Source of the DNA: Abditibacterium sp.
GTDB lineage: Bacteria > Armatimonadota > Abditibacteriia > Abditibacteriales > Abditibacteriaceae
Reading direction: 5' to 3'
NCBI GenBank assembly: GCA_965199495.1
Contig: CBDASK010000003.1
Location: forward strand, 4,416,001-4,480,000
DNA length: 64,000 nucleotides
Of the stretch, positions 32,701 through 41,796 are shown in pieces. Positions within the stretch are counted from its first letter, which is position 1, and each line of letters opens with the position of its first letter. The position numbers and the translations under genes are program-made. The notes under the pieces were generated by a model, which did no database searches, was not told the DNA's origin, and was given only the letters and a program-made list of their open reading frames with translations.

Positions 32701-33216
32701 GACAATCGCGGTTTCGCTGGAAACCAAGTGCTGCATCGACATTTCAGGTTTGACCCAGGGACCGCCGCTGCCCGCCCAGCCGGGGCCAGTGCCCAGCGCG
32801 ATCTCGATGCCCTGTTGTTTGGCCTGCGAGATGGCATAAGCGAAAAGCTCCTGCCATTCGGGACTCATAAACGCGACCGGCCCCTGCGGGACGCCGATGT
32901 TGACCGTGAGGAAAATCGCGCCGCCGATGCCCGCTTTCTTCATCGCCTCCAAATCGGTGCGAATGCCCTCGCGCGTGATGTTGCCGTCCATGAAATACCA
33001 GTAGACCCAGGGGCGCGTGTTCGCGGGCGGCGTGACAAAGTTCGTCTGTAACGGAGAGGCAGGAAGCGTAGAAATCGCGGGCGCCGCAGCAACGAGGGGA
33101 TTTACCGGAGCGTTTTGAGCGCACGCGGACAGGTTCATCGCCGCTAAAAGCGCGGGCAATGCCAATGCACCGTGGGTGCTTTTAGCCGGAATTAATCGGG
33201 AAGAAGAGAATTTCAT
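29725..33216 (-). CDS. GH106 alpha-L-rhamnosidase-like protein
   Basis: RPWVYWYFMDGNIT.EGI..DLEAM, GPGWAGSGGPWV, DSWE, GAESFT, SGLLGPVTL; ATG at 33216 gives a signal peptide. Confidence 0.88.
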   Translation of the reverse strand: MKFSSSRLIPAKSTHGALALPALLAAMNLSACAQNAPVNPLVAAAPAISTLPASPLQTNFVTPPANTRPWVYWYFMDGNITREGIRTDLEAMKKAGIGGAIFLTVNIGVPQGPVAFMSPEWQELFAYAISQAKQQGIEIALGTGPGWAGSGGPWVKPEMSMQHLVSSETAIVGPTRFDAVLPRPKPREPYFGQGSLSPKLREQWNDFYRDETVIAFPTPAGKARLSDTDHKALYYRAPYTSVANTPPRIEPSTDAAAVPPGETIDATKVVVLTSKMAADGRLTWDVPAGNWTVLRFGRTLTGQTTRPAPEAGLGFESDKFSKPAVAAQLEDYVGTIFKKVGPELHNQNGGLTFLHFDSWEMGSQNWSPEFKQQFIARRGYDPTPYLPAMSGYVVGSAERSERFLWDLRQTASELVIENHALPLKAYAHGRGLKFSVEPYDMNPAGDLDLGSTADLPMGEFWARGYGYDANFSVYEAVSVGHTNGKNIIGAESFTASGDYWRLYPGVMKAQLDWALCAGLNKIVFHTYQHQPDVNRFPGMTMERYGVHWDSHETWWDMVPAFHQYISRSSEMLRQGAPVADILYLTPEGAPDVFTPPADALTDELPDRKGYGFDGCSPRTLMRNATVKNGQIAFPGGASYRVLVLPQWPTMTPQLLRKLNELAQAGATIIGSPPSASPSLTNFPAADAQVRALAAQLWGTGSSRKVGKGRVVLSSMSGANSGPSLEDARWIWYAEGNPASSAPVGTRYFRTTIEVDANRKIQDAVALMTGDNSFRLFINDKLVGAGNNFHNIDSFDAKSYLRAGTNQVRVEAVNDSDTPTGDTPNPAGIIGAIRVFYTDGTRKNYTTGASWQASQTADGPQSAAADLGESKTGPWNLATPLAPIYQPYAATAAVLSGMGVAPDFAATVPMRAIHRHLSNGELYFIANKSDQPIQTVASFRVTGLAPQWWNPINGETRALPEYSVAGGVTKVPLRLTGQESGFVVFRKPTATKVAAKQNFPQPQTLLTFSRPWDVSFDPKWGGPANITFPTLTDWSQNASEGIKYYSGKAVYRTSFDVAAPTAPGTYSLSLGSVKNLASVRINGRDLGSVWCAPWSVNIPAGLLKPTGNQLEVTVANLWLNRLIGDNDKPADKRFTSTTVGNVLSEKDIQPSGLLGPVTLQKTPA

Positions 33217-33400
33217 GAAACAATAAATTTGATGATGACAATGTGCGACTTCGAGGTTGAGCAAAGCGGTCAACGGATCGCCGATGTGTCCAACGCCAAT
33301 CGCGCGGTGATGCGCCGGGACGTGGCTGCTACAATCGTCGAGGAATTGGCACACGCCAACCCAACGTATTTTCACAGAACACGCATGGAACTTTATATTT

Positions 33401-33583
33401 TTAGGAGTTACGCAGTTGCCCGCACTTGTCATGGGTGCGCGGTGAGGCACGAACGAAGTCGAAGAATCCACCGGTTGCGACGGAGTTTCACGTTTGTCGA
33501 GAGCTACACGTCATGAATTCTTCGACTTCGTTCGTGCCTCACCGCGCACCCATGACAAGTGCGGGCAACTGCGTAACTCCTAA
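33401..33583. repeat. Perfect inverted repeat with 67-bp arms (33401-33467 / 33517-33583)
   Basis: Arms read directly from the sequence; TAGGAGTTACGCA termini plus GTCAT...GAAGAAT inner unit. Confidence 0.92.
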
Positions 33584-33649
33584 TTTTGTCGCAATTCTCA
33601 GAATATCGAAGTTGACTTTTTGATCTCTATCTTGTCTGTGACGCGCGAA

Positions 33650-33676
33650 GAAACTGCGCGCAATGCGCGCAGTTTC
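33650..33676 (-). terminator. Hairpin downstream of pilin-like gene 33790..34527
   Basis: gaaactgcgcgca-a-tgcgcgcagtttc. Confidence 0.55.
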
Positions 33677-33789
33677 AAGTTTCTGGCGACCTTCATGGAA
33701 AGCGCGATGTGGTTTTGCGTTTGTAATCCAAAGCGCACCATCAAGTAAATTGAATATCTGCGGATTGGAAACAAAGCGGATTTTAATCC

Positions 33790-34527
33790 TTACGGTGACG
33801 GATTGTAGGTGCCGCTATTTCCCGATTGAGAACCTGGGGTAGAAACATTGTAAACCCCGGCGCTTAGATTGCGAGTCGCACCTCTTATTGCTTTGACGTG
33901 GCCGTCGGCGAAGAGGAAGTTTTGAGTGTCGAGGTGGCGTTGCGCCGCTCCTTGGCGAAACACCGCGAGTCCGGGTGTGGTGGGACAGGCAGTCGCTCCA
34001 CCCGGACACCCCGTTTCCCAACTGTCCGCGTAATCGGCGGTGCCATCAGCCGCCATCACGGTCAACGACGACTGGGTGAGTTGAGCAATGGCCAAACCCC
34101 GATTTTTGTCGACGGGAGCCGGATCGTAGCCAAACATTACGTTGTAACTGTAATCACAGTAGCCGGGCGTGGAAGAGGTCGCACTTTGGGGTGGAGAAGG
34201 GTCGCTGGGGCATTGGAGAATTTGATTGCTTTTGATATAAGGCTGTATCGCGATGAAAGCTCCACCATAACCGTTTCCTCCTGAGGCGTCGGGGTTACCG
34301 TTGTTACGGAGCAAAGGAAATTTCTCGTCGTAATCCTGGGTGTATTGGAGGAAACCGAGGCCGAGTTGCTTGAGATTGCTCTGGCACGACGAGCGACGGG
34401 CGTTTTCCCTTGCACGCGCGAAAACGGGGAACAGAATCGCCGCGAGAATGGCGATAATGGCGATCACGACGAGAAGCTCGATCAAAGTGAAGGCTTGACG
34501 TGCGGGGCGGATGTGAGTAAATTTCAT
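33790..34527 (-). CDS. Prepilin-type DUF1559 / H-X9-DG protein
   Basis: A|FTLIELL...; [15 protein letters not shown]. Confidence 0.92.
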   Translation of the reverse strand: MKFTHIRPARQAFTLIELLVVIAIIAILAAILFPVFARARENARRSSCQSNLKQLGLGFLQYTQDYDEKFPLLRNNGNPDASGGNGYGGAFIAIQPYIKSNQILQCPSDPSPPQSATSSTPGYCDYSYNVMFGYDPAPVDKNRGLAIAQLTQSSLTVMAADGTADYADSWETGCPGGATACPTTPGLAVFRQGAAQRHLDTQNFLFADGHVKAIRGATRNLSAGVYNVSTPGSQSGNSGTYNPSP

Positions 34528-34553
34528 GAAGTTCCTGTAAAGTAAGATGTTGC

Positions 34554-34627
34554 CATAACGTTATGAGTTTTCAGCGCACCAATGGAAAGTTCGGAGGCGC
34601 TTTGCATTGTCTGCATCATAACGTTAT
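34554..34627. promoter_or_regulatory. Two ATAACGTTAT palindromic operators (34554-34565, 34618-34627)
   Basis: CATAACGTTATG and ATAACGTTAT upstream of the pilin-like gene. Confidence 0.6.
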
Positions 34628-34752
34628 ATTCTCTGAGTAGGCCCAAATAACAGAGCGCCTCTGATTTCGCGTTAAATCCGTTCGCTGAAATCACAGCTAT
34701 TCTCTGCCCATATAAGATTACACTTTTTGCGACTTTAATAATTGAATTATTG

Positions 34753-35721
34753 ATGCCACTTTTTGAAGATTTCACCGCATCTGAAGCGCCAATCCATCGG
34801 CAGTTTTATGTGCCGCCCGGCTCAAGTGGCGTCGTTGTGTCGCGCATCGCGCGTTTAGAGAGTTTACATTCGCGTTTGCCGGTGGCTTTGCGGCGCGAGT
34901 TTTTCGAGCGTGGCGAAACCACGGGCGATCACCGGCACCTCGATTTCGTGGCACTTTATGCGGTGCGCGGTGGCAGCGGCCTACACATCGTCAACGGCGT
35001 GGCTTCGTCGCTGGCCAAAGGCGATATTTATCTTTTGGCGCCCGGCTCGCTGCACTCTTACCTTCGCTACGAAAATTTAGAAATCGACGCCCTCTATTTC
35101 ACGCCTGGGTTGTTACGCGACGAAGAATTGGAAGCTCTGCGCGTGTTACCGGGGTTTTGGTCGCTGTTTGCCGAAGGTGCGGCCCCGCAAAGTCAGGGCG
35201 ATGATGCGCGTTTGCATCTGCGCCCGGAGGAGGGCAAAACCATCGAAAGCCAGATTGCGGTTCTCCGCAATTTATGGAACGGAACGGACGCGGCGTCACC
35301 GTTGCTGTTGAGAGGAACAATTTTCGCTTTGTTGGTTCATTTGGCTTGGCGCTGGCAAAGGCAGCCATCTACCACAGCCACGCCCACCGAGGGCGCGCTC
35401 GCTCCTGACATCAGCGACGCGGTGCTTTGGTGCGAAGCTCATTTTTCGGAGCCTCTGAGCGTGCCTCAACTGGCGGCGCGCCTGTTTCTGTCGCCGAATC
35501 ACTTCTCGCAACGCTTCAAGCGCGAAGTCGGGATGACGCCTGCCGCGTTCATCCGGCGTTTGCGTCTGGAGAAAGCGCGCGCGCTGTTGCGCGAAACCGA
35601 TTGGTCGCTCGCGCACATCGCCCAAAACACGGGCTTTGCCGATGCCGCTCATCTCGCTCGCGGCTTCCGCGCTTGCTATGGCCTGACACCTCGCACATTC
35701 CGGCGCGGCAAAACCGGTTGA
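34753..35721 (+). CDS. AraC-family regulator (RhaR/RhaS-like), divergent from the pilin-rhamnosidase unit
   Basis: Cupin HRH.F..G.G.H motif plus AraC HTH. Confidence 0.88.
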   Translation: MPLFEDFTASEAPIHRQFYVPPGSSGVVVSRIARLESLHSRLPVALRREFFERGETTGDHRHLDFVALYAVRGGSGLHIVNGVASSLAKGDIYLLAPGSLHSYLRYENLEIDALYFTPGLLRDEELEALRVLPGFWSLFAEGAAPQSQGDDARLHLRPEEGKTIESQIAVLRNLWNGTDAASPLLLRGTIFALLVHLAWRWQRQPSTTATPTEGALAPDISDAVLWCEAHFSEPLSVPQLAARLFLSPNHFSQRFKREVGMTPAAFIRRLRLEKARALLRETDWSLAHIAQNTGFADAAHLARGFRACYGLTPRTFRRGKTG

Positions 35722-35744
35722 ATTTCGCAACTCAGCTTAGAGAA

Positions 35745-35862
35745 TTTTTTGCCAAAATACGCCCGAAGTTTTCTTCGGCGCTACCGGACGGTAGGCCGTA
35801 ATTGTTGGCCAAATCGAAATGGTTCACGCCCAAATCGAAGGCGGTGCGGCATAAATCGCGTG
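35745..35862 (-). pseudogene. Fragment of aldo/keto reductase (degenerate copy of part of 41797..42795)
   Basis: LCRTAFDLGVNHFDLANNYGLPSGSAEENFGRILA matches the intact gene. Confidence 0.8.
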
Positions 35863-35920
35863 TGGAAAAACCGGATGCGAGGTAGCGAACTCGGCGTGTG
35901 GACAAATGACATAACTCCAA

Positions 35921-35960
35921 TAAAACCCCGCGTTGCAAATCGCAACGCGGGGTTTATTTT
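35921..35960 (-). terminator. Rho-independent terminator
   Basis: aaaccccgcgttgc-aaatc-gcaacgcggggttt. Confidence 0.75.
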
Positions 35961-35973
35961 CGGCCAATTTTCG

Positions 35974-37926
35974 CTACTGCCCGTCGGTGCGAAACGGCGT
36001 GGCAGGCAAGCCGGCGGCGTTGTAAAGCGTGGCGCGCGGAAAATCCGACCAGCCAAAGCGCGCGTAAAGCGGCGCTTTCACATCGGGCGAAGTCAGCGTG
36101 ACCGTATTACCAGCCACGACGGGTGTGGCCCAATGGAACTTCATGTCGGCGCCCGCGATGGCGAAAACGCGGCTGGCGTCGCCCTTCAAGTTCAAGCCCT
36201 GCGCGTGATCGAAAGTTAATTGCATCGCGTCGCCCACGGATTTGGCAGCTTTGAGCGTTGGGCCGCTACTTTCGATATTGCGCCCGTAAGTGTGTTCCAG
36301 CACGTTATTGGCGAGGCGCGCGCCCGCTTCCTGCTTGTTGGGGAAATGCACATTGTTTTGTTCGCCCAGATCAATCAGCACGGTTAAATAGGTATTGGGA
36401 AACTTGCGCGCGGTCTGCAACTGCGCCTCGCGCAAATTGGGCCACGCGTTGTTGGAGGGCTGATCTTCGGTCGCATGAAAATTCGCCAGTTGCATGATGT
36501 AAAACGGCGTGTCGGCGCCGAAATGCGCGCGCCAATCTTGAACTAACGTCGGCAAAATCTGGCGATACTGCGTCGCCTCATTCATGTTGTCGGCGTTGCT
36601 TTCGCCCTGATACCACAAAATGCCTTTAATCGCGCCCGGCAAAAGCGGCGCGATTTTGCCATTAAAAAGCACGACCGGTTTGTTGGGGTCTTCCTGCGAT
36701 CTGGGCATCGCGGGCAGAGTTTTCATTTCCGGCCCGACGTGAAATTTCCACGCGCCTTCGAGCGAGACTTTTGTGCCATCGCTCTGCATCGAGATCGCTG
36801 GCCCGGCCATGCCGCCGCCGCCGTTGATGTCGAGTACGCGCACCGCGATGACATTGCGCCCGGCTTTGACCTGCGCGCCCGGCACGACGTAATGGCGTTC
36901 TTTGGTCCAACCCTGATCGGCACCAACGGGGGCGCCGTTCCAGTAAGTCGTGTCGTTATCGTCAATCGCGCCCAGATCGAGCTGCAACGGGCGCCCGGCG
37001 AACGCGGCGGGCACGTTGATTTCGCGCCGAAACCACATCACGCCATCGAAATCGGGAAAGCCTTTGGCTTCCCAGTTGCCCGGCAAATCCATCGTTTTCC
37101 ACGCCGAATCGTCGAAATCCGGCGCCTGCTGATGCGCCATTGTTCCCGGATCGTTGGTTTGCCACCACGCCGACATTTCGTTGGCGTAACGAGTTTGCGC
37201 GTCATCGCCCGGTCTCATCGCGTCCACCGCAGCTTTAAAATCGGGAATTTGCCCCAGCGCCGGGCCACTCACCCACGACTCGCCGGGCGTGCCGCTCCAC
37301 GACGAATCAATCAGGCCAATCGGGACTTTGAGTTCCTTATAAAGTTTGCGCCCGAAGAAATATCCGACGCCCGAAAACGTGCCGACCGTTTGCGGCGAGC
37401 AGACTTTCCAGTTGGCGCCAAAACTCTGAATCGGCGCGCTTTTGATGGCGTTATCCACTTGAAGCAAACGAATTTCGGGATAATTGGCGGCAGCGATTTC
37501 TTGTTCGGGATTGAGCGCGCCGTGAAGATCGTAAGCCATATTCGATTGGCCCGAACACAGCCAGACATCGCCAAACAACAGGTTTTTGCGCGCGGCCACT
37601 TCACCATCGGCGCCCGTAATGTTCAGCGAATGCGGCCCGCCCGCCGCGTGCGACGGCAACGAAACAGTCCAGCGCCCGTCCGCAGCGGCGGTTGCGGTTT
37701 GCGCGGCTTCGTTGTCGAGGCGCACCGTGACTTTGGTTTGCGGCTGCGTCCAGCCCCAGACCGGAATCGCGCGGTCGCGCTGCAAAACCGCGTTATCGGA
37801 AAAAAGTGGATGCACAAACGGCAGGTTTTGCTTGACCTCTTGAGCGTGGCTGCATCCGGCGGCCAACGATAGAGCAAGAGTCGCGGCGATAATTGAGAAT
37901 TGGCGAGTTTTCATGGTTTTCTTCAT
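35974..37926 (-). CDS. Sialate O-acetylesterase-family (SASA) esterase; paralogue of 26620..28614
   Basis: GDVWLCSGQSNM, GILWYQGESN, VHFPNKQ; start 37926 or 37914. Confidence 0.88.
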   Translation of the reverse strand: MKKTMKTRQFSIIAATLALSLAAGCSHAQEVKQNLPFVHPLFSDNAVLQRDRAIPVWGWTQPQTKVTVRLDNEAAQTATAAADGRWTVSLPSHAAGGPHSLNITGADGEVAARKNLLFGDVWLCSGQSNMAYDLHGALNPEQEIAAANYPEIRLLQVDNAIKSAPIQSFGANWKVCSPQTVGTFSGVGYFFGRKLYKELKVPIGLIDSSWSGTPGESWVSGPALGQIPDFKAAVDAMRPGDDAQTRYANEMSAWWQTNDPGTMAHQQAPDFDDSAWKTMDLPGNWEAKGFPDFDGVMWFRREINVPAAFAGRPLQLDLGAIDDNDTTYWNGAPVGADQGWTKERHYVVPGAQVKAGRNVIAVRVLDINGGGGMAGPAISMQSDGTKVSLEGAWKFHVGPEMKTLPAMPRSQEDPNKPVVLFNGKIAPLLPGAIKGILWYQGESNADNMNEATQYRQILPTLVQDWRAHFGADTPFYIMQLANFHATEDQPSNNAWPNLREAQLQTARKFPNTYLTVLIDLGEQNNVHFPNKQEAGARLANNVLEHTYGRNIESSGPTLKAAKSVGDAMQLTFDHAQGLNLKGDASRVFAIAGADMKFHWATPVVAGNTVTLTSPDVKAPLYARFGWSDFPRATLYNAAGLPATPFRTDGQ

Positions 37927-37936
37927 CAGGAGTATT

Positions 37937-38233
37937 CCGTAGAGACGCCGATTTATCGCGTCTAAAACGCTTGGTGCGCAATTATTTTCAGCGAATTGAG
38001 CATAGCTTACTCGCATGTTTGTCATTCTGAGCGCAGTGAGGAACGAACGCAGTCGAAGAATCCATGACTCTGAACCAGATCAAAGCGAAGTGAACGTGCA
38101 ACCGATGGATTCTTCGACTGCGTTCGTTCCTCACTGCGCTCAGAATGACAAACATGCGAGTAAGCTATGCTCAATTCGCTGAAAATAATTGCGCACCAAG
38201 CGTTTTAGACGCGATAAATCGGCGTCTCTACGG
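37937..38233. repeat. Perfect inverted repeat with 129-bp arms (37937-38065 / 38105-38233), composite REP element
   Basis: Arms read directly; outer GTAGAGACGCCGATTTATCGCGTCT, inner GTCATTCTGAGCGCAG...GAAGAATCC. Confidence 0.93.
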
Positions 38234-38245
38234 GGTGAAAATCAA

Positions 38246-41200
38246 CTATTTGCCCAGCGCGCGCAACGCGAATGCACCCGACAGCGAACCGCCCTTCTTC
38301 GCGTTAATCGAATGATCGTCCGTCCAACTTCCGCTTAGGCCGCGCGGCCCGGCGACTTCGCTGCTGGCGAGCAGCAGATTGCTGCCCTGCCCGACATTGG
38401 CGCGGCCCACCAACGAATCATTTTGCGCCAACAACGCCACGCCCGCGCCACTTGAATCGGTTAAAGTCAGCCAGTGCAAATCGCGTTTCGATGCGCGAAA
38501 TTGCACGTCTTTGGCGGTGGCTGTGCCCGTTGGCTCGCCCAAATGTCCGGCGGGATAATCCAGAAAATACGATTCGCGCGACCATTTCATCGTGCCGAAA
38601 TTGGCGGGCACCGCGAGTTTCAAGCCCGATTCCCACAAACGCGTATCGGGCGCCGTCCAATCGAGCGTCCAACTCACGCGCATTTCGGCGTTGGGCGCGA
38701 CATCGTAATTACAATGCAGCGTGCCCAGCGCCGCGCCATCGTCGCCATTTTGCAAATCGCTGACGACGCTCACGCGCAACGCGCCGTTGATGCCGGGCGC
38801 CGTCGTGATGCGCGCGTTTTTGGTGACGGGCGCGGTTTTGGTCTGGAAATAACCTCTTTCATTGCCGCCTTTCAAGCCGCCCAGATTCATGACGGGGCCG
38901 CCCATAAGCAGCGTATTTTTGCCGACGCGCCACGAACGAATCGTGCCGGTGGCTTTGTCGAAAACGATTTCCTGCGCGCTGTTGCCCACGCGCAAAACAT
39001 CGGCGCCATCCACCGAAAAGACCGCATTACCCGCAGGCTTCGCGGCGGGCGGAGCAGCCACGACGACGCCCTGCACCGGCAAATTAGCCGCGACGACGCC
39101 ACTGCCATCGGCGCGCACGAAGTCCAGACGCAATTCCGTCATGCCTTTGGGCGCCGGGAAATTCGCCGTCACGCTCTGCATCGGCGCGCAATTGATTTTC
39201 ATCGCGCCGCTCTTCAGCTTTTTGTCGCCGTTCATCGCCGTCCAACGGCAAGTCAATTCGTTCAAATCGGTGAACGAATAATGATTGGTGATTGGCACCG
39301 CGCCGTTCGCGCCAACGCTGCGCGCTTTGACAGCGATTGGGCTATACGCCATTTTCACGATCCACAATTCGGGTTTGGGCACGCGATACCCGGTCACGAC
39401 GCCTTTGTTGTTTTCCTGACGCAAATGATCGAGGCCGTAATAGAAATCTTTGGTGTGATCGTCGTATTTGTCGGCGACGCCCTGGCCCTGCCATTCCCAG
39501 ATAAACGAACCCATCATTTGCGGCGCGGGATACAACAAATCCCACGTTTTGATCAAGGTTTCCGACCACAAATCCGAAACGCCCGGATCGTATTCCTGCG
39601 CCTCTTTTTCGTAAAATGTGTGCGGATGTTCGGTGTAGTTGACGGGCCAGCGATGTTGCCCGATGTCTCGGTTTTTCACGGAATCGGGGCCGGGATAATG
39701 ATCATCGCGCCACTGTTGGCCGGGCGCCGATTCGGGCGTCTGGCCCGACACAAACGCGGGCCGCGTCGGGTCGAATTTGCGCACCAAATCGAGCGTCATC
39801 TGCGAGGCGATGCCCATCGGGTTTTCGTTGCCCAGACTCCACGCCAAAACGCTGGGCCGATTCTTGTCGCGCGCCAACGTTTCGGTCGCGCGTTGCATCA
39901 AAAACGGCGCATAATTCGGGTCTTTGACCTGATCGTTAATCCAGCAATAGGGCACTTCGTCGAGGATATACATCCCTTTTTCGTCGCACAATTCCAGAAA
40001 ACGCGCGGCGTGATTATAATGAGAAGTGCGCACGGCGTTGATATTGGCCGCCTTCATCATCTTCAAATCTTGCTGCCAGTTGTCTTCGGTCAAAGCGAAA
40101 CCTTTGTCCGACCAAAAATCGTGGCGACAAATGCCAGTCAATTTAATCGGCTGACCGTTCCACAGCACGACATTATTTTTGACCTCAATTTGCTTAAATC
40201 CGAAACGTTGCTCGACGTTCTCGACGGTTTTACCGCCGCTCGAAAGCTGCAACACAACATAATACAAATTCGGCTTTTCCGCCGACCACAATTTCGGCGC
40301 CGTGACGGGCGCGCTCAACGAAATATCCGCCGTTCCATCGGCGCCAATTGTCGCGTTGCCGCTCATTTTCACTCCCGTCGCTTTGCCATCGGCGCCGACC
40401 AAATTCCCGCTCACGCTCACATTTTCGCCCGCATTGCCCATCACTTGCACCTGCGCGTTGAGCGTGGCATCGCGATAATTGGTCGAAAGCGGCGTCGTCA
40501 CCGTCAAATCGCTGACGTGGGTTTGCGGCACACAAATCAGCGAAGTGTCACGATAAATGCCGCCCATCGTTTGATAATCTCCGGTATCGGCGTCAAACGA
40601 AGGCGTCTTTTTCGAGACGCGCACCGCCAATGAATTGCTCTGTCCGGCTTTGACGAAATCGGTCACGTCCACCTGAAACGCGGTGTAACCGCTCTCGTGA
40701 TAACCGGCTTTCTGGCCGTTGACCCAGATTTCGGCGCCGTCCAAAGCGCCGTCGAAATGCCAGTAAACGCGCTGGCCCGCCCAATTCGCGGGCACGTTAA
40801 TATTGCGCCGATAAAGCCCAACGGTGTTATCCACGCTGTCGTAAGTCGGAATCGAATAGCCGAGCATTTCCCAGTTCGACGGCACCGCAATCGTGTCCCA
40901 TTTCGCATCGTTGAACGCGGGCGCGGCAAACGCATCGCGGATCGCGGGCGGCGTGGCTACGGGCGCGGGCGGCTTCCAAATCGTGGTTTGGCCGTTTTCC
41001 GTGATACCGATTTTCATCTCGCGGATACATGCCCATTGCGCGTTGCTGACGCCCGTCACCGTCACGCGCACGAAACGCACGTCGGCGGGCATAATTTTAA
41101 CGGCGCCATCGGTTTGGCCGGGCGCGGCGGTTTCGTCGGCCAAAGTCGTCCACGCGCCTTTGTTATCTTTGCGGCCCTCGACGCGAAATTGATAGCGATT

Positions 41201-41635
41201 CGCCGTGCTTTCCCACGTAATCGCGAGGCTCGACACGCGGCGCACACTACCCAAATCGGCTTCGAGCCATTGCGGAACGTCGGGGCCACTGGCGCACCAA
41301 CGCGTGGCTTCGTCGCCATCGAACGCGTTGATGGGCGGGTTTTCGCCCTGCTGAGTGGAAGCCTGAATGGGAAAAGCGGATTCGGGTTGAAATTCTTTGG
41401 CGGCGTTGATGCTGCCGTGCGTGAGTTGGAATTTCCAATCGCCTGTCACCGGCAAATTCCACGGGTTACGCGCGCGCAATTGGTCGGGCGCGAGGGGCGC
41501 CGCGCTGGGCAACGGCAATGGCACCATGAAGGGAGATACGGCGCCGACATCCTGGGCACGAGCGATCTGTGAAACCGACAAAAGGCAGGATGTCACCAAA
41601 AGTGAACTGGTGATTTTGAAAAAGGATTTTTGCAT
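38246..41635 (-). CDS. GH2 glycoside hydrolase with inserted F5/8 type C (CBM32-like) domain
   Basis: AFDGDEATRW..QWLEADLG; GGIYRD, NINAVRTSHY, NRPSVLAWSLGNE. Confidence 0.88.
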   Translation of the reverse strand: MQKSFFKITSSLLVTSCLLSVSQIARAQDVGAVSPFMVPLPLPSAAPLAPDQLRARNPWNLPVTGDWKFQLTHGSINAAKEFQPESAFPIQASTQQGENPPINAFDGDEATRWCASGPDVPQWLEADLGSVRRVSSLAITWESTANRYQFRVEGRKDNKGAWTTLADETAAPGQTDGAVKIMPADVRFVRVTVTGVSNAQWACIREMKIGITENGQTTIWKPPAPVATPPAIRDAFAAPAFNDAKWDTIAVPSNWEMLGYSIPTYDSVDNTVGLYRRNINVPANWAGQRVYWHFDGALDGAEIWVNGQKAGYHESGYTAFQVDVTDFVKAGQSNSLAVRVSKKTPSFDADTGDYQTMGGIYRDTSLICVPQTHVSDLTVTTPLSTNYRDATLNAQVQVMGNAGENVSVSGNLVGADGKATGVKMSGNATIGADGTADISLSAPVTAPKLWSAEKPNLYYVVLQLSSGGKTVENVEQRFGFKQIEVKNNVVLWNGQPIKLTGICRHDFWSDKGFALTEDNWQQDLKMMKAANINAVRTSHYNHAARFLELCDEKGMYILDEVPYCWINDQVKDPNYAPFLMQRATETLARDKNRPSVLAWSLGNENPMGIASQMTLDLVRKFDPTRPAFVSGQTPESAPGQQWRDDHYPGPDSVKNRDIGQHRWPVNYTEHPHTFYEKEAQEYDPGVSDLWSETLIKTWDLLYPAPQMMGSFIWEWQGQGVADKYDDHTKDFYYGLDHLRQENNKGVVTGYRVPKPELWIVKMAYSPIAVKARSVGANGAVPITNHYSFTDLNELTCRWTAMNGDKKLKSGAMKINCAPMQSVTANFPAPKGMTELRLDFVRADGSGVVAANLPVQGVVVAAPPAAKPAGNAVFSVDGADVLRVGNSAQEIVFDKATGTIRSWRVGKNTLLMGGPVMNLGGLKGGNERGYFQTKTAPVTKNARITTAPGINGALRVSVVSDLQNGDDGAALGTLHCNYDVAPNAEMRVSWTLDWTAPDTRLWESGLKLAVPANFGTMKWSRESYFLDYPAGHLGEPTGTATAKDVQFRASKRDLHWLTLTDSSGAGVALLAQNDSLVGRANVGQGSNLLLASSEVAGPRGLSGSWTDDHSINAKKGGSLSGAFALRALGK

Positions 41636-41647
41636 GAAAATTGAACG

Positions 41648-41702
41648 TTGCCCCTGCGCCGGGGCAATACTTGATTATACCCAAATCAACGTGTTTTCAA
41701 AC
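41648..41702 (-). promoter_or_regulatory. Promoter GTTTGA-N17-TATAAT plus TGCCCC-N6-GGGGCA palindrome
   Basis: Promoter at 41674-41702; palindrome at 41648-41667. Confidence 0.72.
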
Positions 41703-41796
41703 GTTGATTTGAGAAATCTTACTTTTAGGCGCGATAGGAACACGACATTTAAAGTCGAGACGTTACTCTGGATACACCAGAGCAAAATTTTCAGCG

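Noticed and set aside
33217..33471. ORF-track N-terminal extensions (GH106, also SASA to 38025, GH28 from 19685, GH2 from 16754, pilin to 45419)
   Set aside because: They run through repeats or promoters; downstream ATGs give proper signal peptides
33229..33516. 95-aa plus-strand ORF upstream of GH106
   Set aside because: No recognisable homology and it runs into the palindrome; it may be a relic but I cannot support that
34616..34655. Conserved promoter for pilin 34527
   Set aside because: Best match (GTTATT-N17-TATAAC) lacks the GGG and the GTTT; too weak to call
33401..38233. Long repeats as a possible CRISPR array or tRNA
   Set aside because: They are inverted pairs rather than spaced direct repeats; no cas genes and no cloverleaf
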